Origin: Candidatus Saccharimonadota bacterium | GTDB taxonomy: Bacteria > Patescibacteriota > Saccharimonadia > UBA4664 | DNA: 64,000 nt | Assembly: GCA_019352195.1 (NCBI GenBank) | Contig: JACAFG010000001.1 | Span: 2,485 to 66,484, forward strand | Direction: 5' to 3' | In this document: in pieces, positions 50,085 to 59,696 of the stretch | Layout: each line of letters begins with the position of its first letter | Numbering within the stretch: the stretch's first letter is position 1 | Translations under genes and position numbers: made by a program | The notes under the pieces: model-generated | What the model saw: only the letters and a program-made list of their open reading frames with translations | What the model was told of the DNA's origin: nothing | The model's database searches: none

Positions 50085-50101
50085 GGATCGAACCCAAATT
50101 A
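50085..50101. repeat. right copy of the 17-nt direct repeat, GGATCGAACCCAAATTA, inside a tRNA-like remnant
   Basis: The minus-strand context TTGACTTGTTTTGTCAA (anticodon-arm-like hairpin) then TTTGGGTTCGATCCCCATTACGA, with no matching 5' acceptor strand. Confidence 0.4.
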
Positions 50102-50266
50102 AGTATTGACAAAACAAGTCAATTAGCGTTTTAATAATACTCATACCTTCACATGTGCGAACTTCCGCTGCGTAATGAGAGTCAGTCTTTCATTTCGCGG
50201 CAGTAGTTCGCGGATTTTCCGGGGTGGTGATAGCTTCGGAAAATACCTACATATATCACACTGGAG

Positions 50267-51211
50267 GTGACCGTCATGGACGGTTACACGTACCGAGTAC
50301 CGAAGTACGAGATCTACCCGGTGTACAACCACCGAGAAGACGGTTCGGCGTACCCCGAACCGTCTTCCGAGACCGATTACGAAGTCTTTTCCGACTTCGT
50401 CGTTCCGAACGGGATGTGGGTACTCGAACGCCCGACCTTCGGCTGCACCTGGATCGTGGGGACGACCTACCAGCAGGTCTCATCCGAGCCCATCGATCTT
50501 CGGAGCTTGGCGTATCGTCGTACGCTCTGCATCTCGGACACACCGTTCGGCTTCGTCAAATCGGAAGAAGCTACGAGCGTGTGGGGTTCTTCCAAGCGGG
50601 TACCGACCGGTCCCTGCCTGCTGAAGTATGCCCGGCAGATTCACAAGGGTGAACTCGGCCAGGGGATTCAGATCCCCAAACTGAAGTTCGCTCGTGAATC
50701 GGCCGCGGCGGCCCGCAAGAACACCGAGTTCGAGCGTGGTCGCGACCAGAAGCGAAATCCCTTCCGCTGGGCCCGTCTCAGCGATGTCGTGGAGGCCGCT
50801 GGCCTCCCGGCCAACGTCCTGCTGCAGCGCTACTGGGCCTTCAATGGCTCAAGTATTGACTGGAGTCAGGACTACCGTACTCACCGCACCGGAGAATTTC
50901 TCCACGTGCGGATCGGCGAGACTGCCGAAGAGATCACTGCTCAGCCGTACCGCCCCACCTACCTCGACAAGACAGAGGCGGGCAACCAGATCCGTATGGA
51001 GTCAGAAGTTCACACCACCTGGATCAGGGCTGGCTTCGCCAACACCTTGCTCCGCCTGGTGGCGCTGAACTACCAGCCCGACCCCCTGTCCATCGCCTGC
51101 ACTATCAGGCCCGACCCCGACAAGGCCCCAGCCTTATCGGGGTCTTGTCATATCTGGATGATTGAACGGAATTTGATATCATTGCCCAGGCTCCGAATTA
51201 GATCTAAGTAG
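50267..51211 (+). CDS. high-GC hypothetical protein (orphan, 314 aa)
   Basis: A strong GGAGGTG RBS, a terminator downstream, and GC well above its AT-rich flanks. Confidence 0.55.
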   Translation: MTVMDGYTYRVPKYEIYPVYNHREDGSAYPEPSSETDYEVFSDFVVPNGMWVLERPTFGCTWIVGTTYQQVSSEPIDLRSLAYRRTLCISDTPFGFVKSEEATSVWGSSKRVPTGPCLLKYARQIHKGELGQGIQIPKLKFARESAAAARKNTEFERGRDQKRNPFRWARLSDVVEAAGLPANVLLQRYWAFNGSSIDWSQDYRTHRTGEFLHVRIGETAEEITAQPYRPTYLDKTEAGNQIRMESEVHTTWIRAGFANTLLRLVALNYQPDPLSIACTIRPDPDKAPALSGSCHIWMIERNLISLPRLRIRSK

Positions 51212-51265
51212 CTCGTTCGAAACTTGAGCCCTAGCTCGCCCCAGGAATTATACTAGTGACGGCAA

Positions 51266-51300
51266 TGCTGCCGTCATTTTATTTGGTAAGGTTATATGCA
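51266..51300 (+). terminator. rho-independent terminator
   Basis: gtgacggca-atg-ctgccgtcat followed by tttatttgg. Confidence 0.6.
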
Positions 51301-51326
51301 ATTTACGAACATAATTAAATACAATT

Positions 51327-51701
51327 ATGTTCATCGCTAAAGTCAAATCCCACAATTATATTAATGGCTATTGGTTCTCGGCAATTGAGTTCAGCCTGGC
51401 GAGTTTCGTGGTAGCCCCTTTTAGCTATTACTATTTGGCCCATAATCGCATTATTTTTGGAATATTGAGTATCGGCCTCATAATGAACTTTCTTGTCATT
51501 GTTGGCTTTGCGGTTGAGAGCATCATCCAAGGCGAAAGAGGTCTTGGCATGGCTTTCTATCGTGATAGGCGTGTACGTGAAAAAATCGCTAGCCAATACC
51601 CTTATCTGGGACGAGATACGATTATGTTGTGCGTTGGATTTCTGATTCCATTTTACCTAGCTACCGCAATCTACATCGAGACAGCTCACAGAAATCGTTA
51701 A
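51327..51701 (+). CDS. AT-rich hypothetical membrane protein
   Basis: A 124 aa product with four TM segments. Confidence 0.45.
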   Translation: MFIAKVKSHNYINGYWFSAIEFSLASFVVAPFSYYYLAHNRIIFGILSIGLIMNFLVIVGFAVESIIQGERGLGMAFYRDRRVREKIASQYPYLGRDTIMLCVGFLIPFYLATAIYIETAHRNR

Positions 51702-52358
51702 CATTTAGCTACTTACGCTAGTGCCGCTTACAGTGTGCAGGACAACGAATATCGTCGAGCCAAGGTATGCCCTATGCCCAGCCATGGGACGGCTTTGACC
51801 CTGCTTTGTCGCACCAACCGCCTGAACGACATAAAGTCTAGGAAATCAGCTATCACCAGGGCAGATTACTTCAGGCAGTATTGGAGAGTAAAATGGCAGA
51901 TGCAAACCTCTCCAGCGGAAAGGCCTGCTCTTTGCGAGTGGAACTCAGTCTAGATGGCATATTTACAGAAATATCACCTCATCTTCTACGCCTCCTAACA
52001 CTATTTGGCGGACGTTGCCGGCATTATCCCTCTTGCCCTGTAGAGCCTCGCTCGTCATCTCTATTATGATCCGAGGCCGCTTGTAGCCCAGCACGTTCAG
52101 TCGTTGATTGCTCATGCCGCCGATCACGGCTCCCCGCCTGATCACGCTCTCCATGCGATGACGCTCGCCGCTGTGGTTATTACTTTTAGAAGAAAATTGC
52201 CTTGGTCATGTTGGTGCTAACCGTTATCGTTGGCGTCGCCCGCGTACTCGCCAAAGTTCACCCGCCATTAGATATGGGAGCAGGCCAGATAATTGGTTCC
52301 GCCGCTGCGTATGTTCTGGCGCAGTGGCTCTATCGTCGCAATATCGGTAACCAGGACC

Positions 52359-52577
52359 CTATTTTAGTCGTTTTCGACCCCAAGCAATCCGGTTCCAAAC
52401 TCGTTCGTGCGCAAAATAGAGTACCGTACTCGCCAGGTTCGTAAAAACAGTTAGGGCTATGGTAGCACCAATACGTTTAGTGATGAGATAAATTACCACC
52501 AAGTCGGAGATGATGACTAGGATGCGAAAGGTGATGGATTTGGTGATGGATCGCTGCTGGGTATCTACAAGCTTCAT
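52359..52577 (-). CDS. DUF2061-family small membrane protein
   Basis: SITFRILVIISDLVVIY...YFAHERVWNRIAWG matches the DUF2061 pattern. Confidence 0.6.
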   Translation of the reverse strand: MKLVDTQQRSITKSITFRILVIISDLVVIYLITKRIGATIALTVFTNLASTVLYFAHERVWNRIAWGRKRLK

Positions 52578-52867
52578 GGTTGTATCATAGCAAACCCATT
52601 CTTAGTTGCGCCGCACGAAATGTGCGCGTTAAACAACGCGGGTATGATTAGTTTGCGACCGCTCAATAATCGTTCTCTACAGCCGACTATCCGGCAGCAA
52701 TACACTTACAATTTTACGGCTCAATAGAGGCGTTATTTGATTATTCGAGATTAAAAACCAGCTGGGTAACGAACAAAAAAGCGAAGCGCCCCGCGGTATG
52801 CGAGGCGCGACACCCGTGCGGGTGTTACTTGGCCCTTGCGGGCGGTAGAGCTGTGATGAGACTGCGG

Positions 52868-53182
52868 TCAGTAGCCCCGCGCCTTCAGTCGCGCCTTCAT
52901 GACCAGGTTGAGGATGAAGAACACAACGACAAGCGCGATGATGGAGGTCCACCAGGGCAAACCCGTGGCCGCGACAGCACCACCGACGATCATACCGACC
53001 GGGATGTAGATGAGGGAGCCTTTGAAGAACTTCTCCACGAAGCCACCACTTCCGCCGAAGGACACCATGCTATTCGCGACACCACCCAAGGCGGTGATGG
53101 CTGCGATGATGATGGCAGCGGTGATAGCGCCTGCGACAACTCCAGCAAGGATGTTGCCGCCGATGTTGGCGGTGAAATGCAT
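52868..53182 (-). CDS. GlsB/YeaQ/YmgE family stress-response membrane protein
   Basis: A Gly-rich three-TM 104 aa product (IGGNILAGVVAGAITAAIII...). GC-rich. Confidence 0.6.
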   Translation of the reverse strand: MHFTANIGGNILAGVVAGAITAAIIIAAITALGGVANSMVSFGGSGGFVEKFFKGSLIYIPVGMIVGGAVAATGLPWWTSIIALVVVFFILNLVMKARLKARGY

Positions 53183-53465
53183 CGGTCACTCCTTCGAGTA
53201 TGCGGGATCGAACATCAGTTATTGATTATAAAACAAAAGACATATATAGTCAACTTAATTCACGCGTGGCTTAAGCATTCTGAGGCAATACTGACTGAAA
53301 CCTAATATCATTCACCATCACATTTCGTGTTGTGTCGCATTCAGCTCGAAGCTTGAAGCCTTGGCCGCCCCAGCATTGATCATCAAATTACGTCTTCATA
53401 CAGCTGTTATTCGATTTTCCGCCCGCAAAGTTTCTCGTACTTTTAGCTGCTGGTATACTTACCTC

Positions 53466-53858
53466 ATGTCATATCAAGTTCCGCCCACCACTTCGGTAAA
53501 TGATGATGAGTTTATTCCTAACAAGAACGTCATCCCGTTTGCACCTGAACTTGTGCAGTTCATCCTTGATGAGCGCAAATTAACGACCTATCGCTTCGGT
53601 AAGAAATACGATTACCATCAAGTAGGTGACTTAGTGGAGATCCAAAACTCAACCACGAAAGAGATTGTTGGGCAGGCACGGATATTGGCTAAGCGCTCAA
53701 CGACTTTTGAAGGTGTACCTGTAAACACGGGGACCCATGAGTCATACCGTGATAAGGAGCATCAGCGTCAGGTATTATCTGGCTATTACGCTTACATTGG
53801 GCGTGAAATTGCAGATGATGATCCGTTTCTAATCTTTGATTTTGCGTTGATCAAATAA
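53466..53858 (+). CDS. ASCH (PUA-like) domain protein
   Basis: ILDERKLTTYRFGKKYDYHQVGDLVEI resembles the ASCH core. A TATACT -10 box sits 7 nt upstream of the ATG. AT-rich. Confidence 0.5.
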   Translation: MSYQVPPTTSVNDDEFIPNKNVIPFAPELVQFILDERKLTTYRFGKKYDYHQVGDLVEIQNSTTKEIVGQARILAKRSTTFEGVPVNTGTHESYRDKEHQRQVLSGYYAYIGREIADDDPFLIFDFALIK

Positions 53859-54142
53859 TACTTTTTACGCGGGTAATGTCCTAACCTGAATGTCATTTGC
53901 CATGCTTAGACTTGGCGAAATGTAGCTAGTTCAAAACTTTAAGGCTCGCTCGCCCAAGTGTACTAATTCTTAAAGACCCAGTAGGGTCTGTTTGTTAAAA
54001 AGCTTCAACGATTGTACAAGGGGTAGTCAGTATCTATGTCGTTGAGCTTTTCTAACAATTTCATTGTCGTGTTCCAACTGCGAATTGTCATAGATTTATA
54101 AAGTGGTGACGCCATGATCCTACTGAGTCGGCTTTTCGTCCG

Positions 54143-54580
54143 TTAGGCGCTCAGGCGTTGTGAATAGACTACACCGTCTCCTGCCCACACCATGTCTACG
54201 CCTTCGCGCGGATTAAAGATTGTTATGGACTCAGCCTCATCAATATTCATCAGGAAGATTACGTCGCTGTGATATTTATCTGGCTGTTCGCCAAAACCTT
54301 GGGGCTTATGATCAATTACGCCCTGAAGCTGTTCACGGCTAAGCACCAAAACTTTAATGAGATCACTGTCTAACCGGAAGCTTTGAATTAGTGCGCCTTC
54401 AATTTGGACTTTAATGTCTGCTTCGTTCTTACTCGACTGTAAAATCACATTCCCGCTGGCAATGTACGTCGAGATATGAACGAAGCCCAGTTGTTCAAGA
54501 CAAGTTACTAGGTTCGCCATCGGTACAATGTTTTTACCACCGACGTTGATGCCGCGCAGCAGGATTACATAAGTATGCAT
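54143..54580 (-). CDS. DUF1697 domain protein
   Basis: MHTYVILLRGINVGGKNIVPMANL...TYIASGNVIL matches the DUF1697 N-terminal signature. Confidence 0.65.
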   Translation of the reverse strand: MHTYVILLRGINVGGKNIVPMANLVTCLEQLGFVHISTYIASGNVILQSSKNEADIKVQIEGALIQSFRLDSDLIKVLVLSREQLQGVIDHKPQGFGEQPDKYHSDVIFLMNIDEAESITIFNPREGVDMVWAGDGVVYSQRLSA

Positions 54581-54846
54581 GCCGAAATTTTACTTTATTT
54601 AAGAAGAGGTTTGCCCGAGCACTTCCCGAAATTCACTTCGGTTTTTCATCACGGGAATATCTGCGTAGGCAGTATCTCGACACTTAAAGGGTAAATGGCT
54701 CCAATAATCATAACTAAATCGTCCTAGCCGAGGTCCAAGAGTTTATTGTTTCGCCACATTCCAAATTATAGACTTACATTACTTATAGTGTTATAGTAAC
54801 AAAGCTTCAAATTGGAGTGTATAGCCGCGAGCCTTGGAGGTTCAGC

Positions 54847-55278
54847 ATGAGTGAAAATATCGCTGACGGCAATATTGACTGCAACAATTCCGATACCCAA
54901 CCGCAAAACGTTGCCGAGGAAGTTACACCTCCCCCGACCTGGCGAGTTAGTCGCGATGTTGTGGTGTCTGTCGTTGGCCCCATTGCACTCGTCGGCGGCC
55001 GCGCCATCAACAACTTCGTCGGCTTGATCATCGGGGAGTGCCCCGACTCGGCACGATTGGTGGGCCTGGAGCCTGACAGTCTCGCTGCCCGCAAGCGGAC
55101 GGCCGCCGACTGGCTAGTTGAATGTTTTCCTGAGCTGGCTGCCGTCAAGCATCTGGGCCCCAATACCAACACCGAACGACAGCTCGCCATGCTCGATCTG
55201 GCGTACTTCTACGAGGTCACTCAGCGCCCCAATGCCGGCAGCTGGCTACCCGAAATGTTTGCGGCCTCCTCGGTTTGA
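54847..55278 (+). CDS. high-GC hypothetical protein
   Basis: A 143 aa product starting at MSENIAD. GC-rich. Confidence 0.4.
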   Translation: MSENIADGNIDCNNSDTQPQNVAEEVTPPPTWRVSRDVVVSVVGPIALVGGRAINNFVGLIIGECPDSARLVGLEPDSLAARKRTAADWLVECFPELAAVKHLGPNTNTERQLAMLDLAYFYEVTQRPNAGSWLPEMFAASSV

Positions 55279-55365
55279 TGCCGTACCTATCGCCCGCTGA
55301 CTGCAGAATGCCTACCGGCCTGTGGTCGGCGGGTATTCTGCAGTTTGGTGCTATCATGAGCCAAT

Positions 55366-56241
55366 ATGATCACTCAAGTTTTGGATTTATTGCGCTGTCC
55401 CGTTTGTGGGCAGCGTTTTGCGAGCGCCATAACGGCAAACCCGCAAGCGACGTCAATTGCTTGTGTCAGCCAGCACCACTTTGATATCGCCAAGCAAGGT
55501 TTTGTAACGTTGCTGCGTAGCCAGCGTAACTCGGAGCAAATAGGTGATACCGCCGATATGGTAGAGCGGCGAATTGCGTGGCTCGAAGCCGGCTACTACG
55601 ACGCCATTGCAGCAGCCGTTTCCAAACCAATTCTCAATTTACTGCGCACGGATACCTCCGGGCTCACAGTTGGAGATCTTGGCGCGGGACCAGGTTATTA
55701 CGCTGGTTTTTTGGCTCGGGAGGCAAAGTCTAACGGCGTCCCCATACGTATAATTGCGCTCGACAACTCACTTTATGCGGCTAGACGCGCCGCCAAAGTA
55801 GATCCTAATGTTGCATCTGTGCGCGGCGACACATGGGACGAGTTACCTTTTGCAGACGCAGCATTAGACGTGGTGATAGTAATTTTTGCGCCCATGAATC
55901 TCACTGAAATCGCTCGCGTGCTCAAACCCGGGGGCACCTTAATTGTTGTCACCCCGGAGGCCGATCATTTGGCCACATTGCGTGCGGCTGTCCCGATGCT
56001 TAACATTCCTGAAGCCAAATCAGAGCGTCTCGCAGAGGCTGCCCTGGGCCATTTCTCGCTTGATAACAAGCAAACGATCACGACCCAAACAGAAATATCA
56101 CCTAATAGTGCCGCTAACGTCATTCTTATGGGACCATCGGCGCTGCATCTGACCGAAGTTACGCTCCTAGAGGTTTTGTCGCAGCGGCCAACCTGTACGC
56201 TCGATATAGCCGTCACGATAAATGAATTTAAAAAACTATAG
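55366..56241 (+). CDS. RlmA-family 23S rRNA (guanine-N1)-methyltransferase (class I SAM MTase with an N-terminal zinc finger)
   Basis: LRCPVCGQ...C..HHFDIAKQGFVTLL Zn-finger region and a DLGAGPGYY SAM motif. Confidence 0.7.
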   Translation: MITQVLDLLRCPVCGQRFASAITANPQATSIACVSQHHFDIAKQGFVTLLRSQRNSEQIGDTADMVERRIAWLEAGYYDAIAAAVSKPILNLLRTDTSGLTVGDLGAGPGYYAGFLAREAKSNGVPIRIIALDNSLYAARRAAKVDPNVASVRGDTWDELPFADAALDVVIVIFAPMNLTEIARVLKPGGTLIVVTPEADHLATLRAAVPMLNIPEAKSERLAEAALGHFSLDNKQTITTQTEISPNSAANVILMGPSALHLTEVTLLEVLSQRPTCTLDIAVTINEFKKL

Positions 56242-56420
56242 TTTCAAGTCGCATTGCTCGGGGCGCCTTTATAATCTGACGAGTAATCATTCGTGTCCAT
56301 CTTGCAGCTAAGCACACGACTAAGGCGGCACGTACGTCGCTCAGTGGAGTCGACAAACTAGCAGTTATTATGCCGAAACGCATACATTAACGTATTAGAG
56401 TTTGTGCGCTCCAAGAAAGT

Positions 56421-57107
56421 CTAGAAGCTGCGGCCACGACCACCGTTGCGCCGAACCACTTCGTAACGATTTTTCGACATGTACCAGCCAAACCAAATCA
56501 GCCAAATCGTTTGCGGATACGCCACTACCCGCTCCATGCCCCCAATTCCCAAACCTAGATATATTCCAAGCACGTACAGGGTCAAAGCCACCAGCGGTAC
56601 GATGCCCGACGTGATCGTAAACAGCCGGGCTCCGCGCGGCAGCACGAGCGCAAACCCAAGCACTGCTACACCCAAATTGCCGAGCAAAAAGGGGAGTGCA
56701 GCACCAAATTGATGGAGGCCAGTATTAACGTTCTCTGGTGATAGTCCTACGATCAAAGTACCAACGCCCGCCACTGCTAAAGCCCCAAAGCCAAAGCCGG
56801 TGGCGTGAGTTGCCTTAAATTCGTGATACAACAGCACCGCCCCAAGTGCCATCGTAATTCCCAGTGCGATGAATGAGCTGTTCATGAGCGAGTGCAGCGG
56901 TGAGCACACCATTCGACCGGCCTGTAAGCCGCAACTGGTGGCGCCCAAATCACTGATGGTGTTAGCAGTCAAACTAAACGGCACAGTTACCGCGCGCGCC
57001 ACGATAATTTGATTCACAAAGTATTGGACGCTCAAAATCCACAGCAGAGGACCAAGCCATGGGTACTTGTCGGTAAAAATTCGAACACGCCTAAGCTGCA
57101 TAATCAC
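56421..57107 (-). CDS. DUF998-like multi-TM membrane protein
   Basis: A six-TM product with an NTISDLGA motif. Confidence 0.5.
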   Translation of the reverse strand: MIMQLRRVRIFTDKYPWLGPLLWILSVQYFVNQIIVARAVTVPFSLTANTISDLGATSCGLQAGRMVCSPLHSLMNSSFIALGITMALGAVLLYHEFKATHATGFGFGALAVAGVGTLIVGLSPENVNTGLHQFGAALPFLLGNLGVAVLGFALVLPRGARLFTITSGIVPLVALTLYVLGIYLGLGIGGMERVVAYPQTIWLIWFGWYMSKNRYEVVRRNGGRGRSF

Positions 57108-57289
57108 AGCTTAGGCTAGTTGGCGCCAAGTTAAAATATAATCTACGTTTATTGACAAAGTACAAGCATTATTTTAAAATGAACATTATACCTGCTCTAG
57201 CAAGTTGAAAGATGTCTTACCTAGCATAGGAGGCAGTAATGAGCATCTAGCGCTTCAAGTACTACGATGGACAGCGCGATCCCGACCGC

Positions 57290-57781
57290 ATGAGCACCGA
57301 AGGCTCGTTCGTCGACGCGCTGCGGCGGCTACTCACTTTCGATGTGGCCCAAACCGCCAGTTGGGTCGATGGCACCACGCGCGTCCAACTCACGACGAGG
57401 ACGTCCTGGATCGATCGTAGCTACGAAGTGGTTTTCTACCACGGCAGTCACGACGAGGTCAGGATCATCGCGGGTCTCGTTCGGGCCTTGAATCAGTTGC
57501 AGTCGCAAAGTCCCTACGATTTCTGGCAGTGGCTCGTCACCCCTACGGGCGAACCCCTGCAGGTCCTTCCTCGCCGTAAGCTCGACACTATCGCTGACGC
57601 AGTGGCCAGTGCCCATACCGGTCGGCTCATCGCCGTGCTCCAGGTGCTCGGTCTGAACTTCGAGACGGTGCTGGCATACACCGGCTTCGCCGATTTCGAG
57701 GAGTTCCTCACCATCGCCGTGCTCGCCCATGAGCTGGGCGAGCCATTCGAAGACACGCGCGGTCAGCTCGTGTCGGCCTGA
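57290..57781 (+). CDS. high-GC hypothetical protein (163 aa)
   Basis: GC-rich, with a terminator downstream. No domain recognised. Confidence 0.45.
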   Translation: MSTEGSFVDALRRLLTFDVAQTASWVDGTTRVQLTTRTSWIDRSYEVVFYHGSHDEVRIIAGLVRALNQLQSQSPYDFWQWLVTPTGEPLQVLPRRKLDTIADAVASAHTGRLIAVLQVLGLNFETVLAYTGFADFEEFLTIAVLAHELGEPFEDTRGQLVSA

Positions 57782-57801
57782 CCTCACCGCCCACCAACCG
57801 C

Positions 57802-57842
57802 AAAACGCCCACCAGGCTTGCAGTTAGTGGGCGTTTTGCTTT
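57802..57842. terminator. bidirectional rho-independent terminator
   Basis: aaaacgcccac...gtgggcgttttgctttt. Confidence 0.6.
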
Positions 57843-57944
57843 TACGCGTGAGGCCTTAGCCTTGGCCCATCTGGCCGCTAAGATAGCATAAATGTTAGCC
57901 AGCGTTCCGGATATATAACGAGCGGCGTTTTCGACCCATTCGTA

Positions 57945-58967
57945 TTAGTCGGCGTCCGTCCCGGTTGGCATGAGGCGAAGCCGACGCATAATCACCGGGA
58001 ATGGATACAAAACGACCAGCATGCCAATCGTGATACCAACAATGTTGTAGGCCACCCGCTGCAAGGTGGTTTCAGTGCTGCCGGCTATATTAGTTGCACT
58101 GTAGAGCAGCAAAATTGTGGCTGTATAAAACAGTGGCATCATGCCAAACTTGGTTTTCTTAAAGATGCCGTTAACTACCGCAAAGAATGCGCCGGCCCAA
58201 ACTACGGCGGTGACGCTGTGGAAGAACACCAGCGCAATTGTGGCCAACAGCGCGCCCCCGATAGTGCCGGCAAAGCGTACCCAAGCTCGAAGTTTACTCA
58301 TTTTGGGGTCGTATCGCACGACGTTACCAACGGCACTCGGGGCCCAGCCTAGCTTGGCAAAACCCGCGAGATACGACACTGCTAGCGCGATTCCGGAGCC
58401 GATACCCATGCGGAATCCCTGTTCGGCGTATTCGCCGTTGCCGAGTTCAGTGCTAACAGCGGGCGGAGGAATGGGCGTCCAAAAGGGCAGCAGCGACACG
58501 ATAGCCGACCACGTTAGCACCAGTGCAAACAGTACAAAGTTAGCCGAAGCTTTGGTAGGTGACCCAGTATTGAGCCCAGCCGTATATATCATGACAAATG
58601 TTAGGGCCAGCGGTCCGCCCAGCTTCCAGCCGCTCAAGAAACTGAGGCTAAGGCAGACAATTACGGTAAAGAACACGGCCAGCCATGGATTTGGCGCGAC
58701 CACGCCGCCGACGAGATACAGCCCGAGACCCACTGATAAAATAAGCGCGGCCATAATGAGTCGGCCGCCCGTCCGTTTCGGCAAGAATAACGCCGCGTAA
58801 AAGAAAGCACCTTGTCCGAGCGTCACTACATAATTTGTATGGCCGGTAAAACTGGCGATAAACATGGGGATAAGACACAAAAATGCTCGAACCCCTTCAT
58901 CCCACATGAGCGGCTTAGTCCAACGGAGCAAGTCGAGCGGGGACGAATCTTGGGTGGTGGTAGCCAT
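57945..58967 (-). CDS. FUSC/YccS-like integral membrane protein
   Basis: A 340 aa product with about 10 TM segments. Confidence 0.45.
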   Translation of the reverse strand: MATTTQDSSPLDLLRWTKPLMWDEGVRAFLCLIPMFIASFTGHTNYVVTLGQGAFFYAALFLPKRTGGRLIMAALILSVGLGLYLVGGVVAPNPWLAVFFTVIVCLSLSFLSGWKLGGPLALTFVMIYTAGLNTGSPTKASANFVLFALVLTWSAIVSLLPFWTPIPPPAVSTELGNGEYAEQGFRMGIGSGIALAVSYLAGFAKLGWAPSAVGNVVRYDPKMSKLRAWVRFAGTIGGALLATIALVFFHSVTAVVWAGAFFAVVNGIFKKTKFGMMPLFYTATILLLYSATNIAGSTETTLQRVAYNIVGITIGMLVVLYPFPVIMRRLRLMPTGTDAD

Positions 58968-59210
58968 AGTTTCTCTCTTGTTGGGTCAAGCTTACACTAA
59001 CTGACTGCTGAGGGCCATTTAGCTCAAGCAAGATTGCAAATGGGTATTCGATCAACTCAAAGCTATATTTGAACTGGCGCTGACGAAAGCCTTCATGCTG
59101 ATGATCAAAAAGCTCGTTCATTGTCAAATGAACGAGCATACTTTGGAGTATATATATTTACGACCGCTGGAGGACAAAGCTGTGGCTGTTACTGATAAGC
59201 CCGTGACCGG

Positions 59211-59579
59211 TTGGGTTGGATGGGTCTATTTGCTGGATTCATGATGATGGTGCTCGGATTTTTCCAGGCCTTTGAAGGTTTGGCTGCACTGTTAAACAAC
59301 ACCCTGATTGTAAAGGCTCCAAACAGCTTGTGGGTTTTCAATATTACCACTTGGGGCTGGATTCACTTCCTGCTGGGTCTGGCTCTCATCGCCACCAGCT
59401 TTAGCCTCTTGCGGGGCGGTTTATGGGGTCGAAGCGTTGGTGTAGTTCTAACGGTTATTAGCCTGCTGGCAAATTTTGCCTATATCCCAATTGCTCCCAT
59501 TTGGTCGATTATCATTATGGTTGTCGACGTGCTCATTTTGCACGCGCTCATTACGCACGGCTCCGAAGTCAGAGCCTAG
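59211..59579 (+). CDS. conserved small membrane protein (actinobacterial DUF-type, 4 TM)
   Basis: A 122 aa product with WGWIHFLLGLALI...IPIAPIWSIII. Confidence 0.5.
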   Translation: MGWMGLFAGFMMMVLGFFQAFEGLAALLNNTLIVKAPNSLWVFNITTWGWIHFLLGLALIATSFSLLRGGLWGRSVGVVLTVISLLANFAYIPIAPIWSIIIMVVDVLILHALITHGSEVRA

Positions 59580-59696
59580 TTTATTTACCCGTCCCGCCGG
59601 TGAAAGCCACATTAATGGTGGCAGATCGGCGGGATTTTGCTACATTAGTCAATACAATAAGCATTGACATACATAGAAATTGCTATCATAATATAA

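Larger units (their letters stand above)
44970..50110. mobile_element. integrated low-GC element (~5 kb) with a large serine recombinase, an Xis-like HTH, an HTH regulator, and cargo hydrolase + SDR. Flanked by tRNA-Gly on the left and tRNA-Pro/tRNA-His on the right.
   Basis: An abrupt GC drop from about 55% to about 40%, a recombinase gene abutting tRNAs, and a 17-nt T-arm-like direct repeat at both edges. Confidence 0.6.

Noticed and set aside
45112-50101. Treating the 17-nt repeat as significant on its own
   Set aside because: A 16/17 match is expected by chance a few times in a 64 kb by 64 kb comparison. It is retained only because both copies sit at the composition boundaries and look tRNA-derived.
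52202-52444. 80-aa plus-strand ORF
   Set aside because: Overlaps the DUF2061 gene by 86 nt on the opposite strand. The DUF2061 match is more convincing. It may be spurious or a gene fragment.
52829-53305. 158-aa Asp/Gly-rich plus-strand ORF
   Set aside because: Antisense to the GlsB/YeaQ/YmgE membrane-protein gene.
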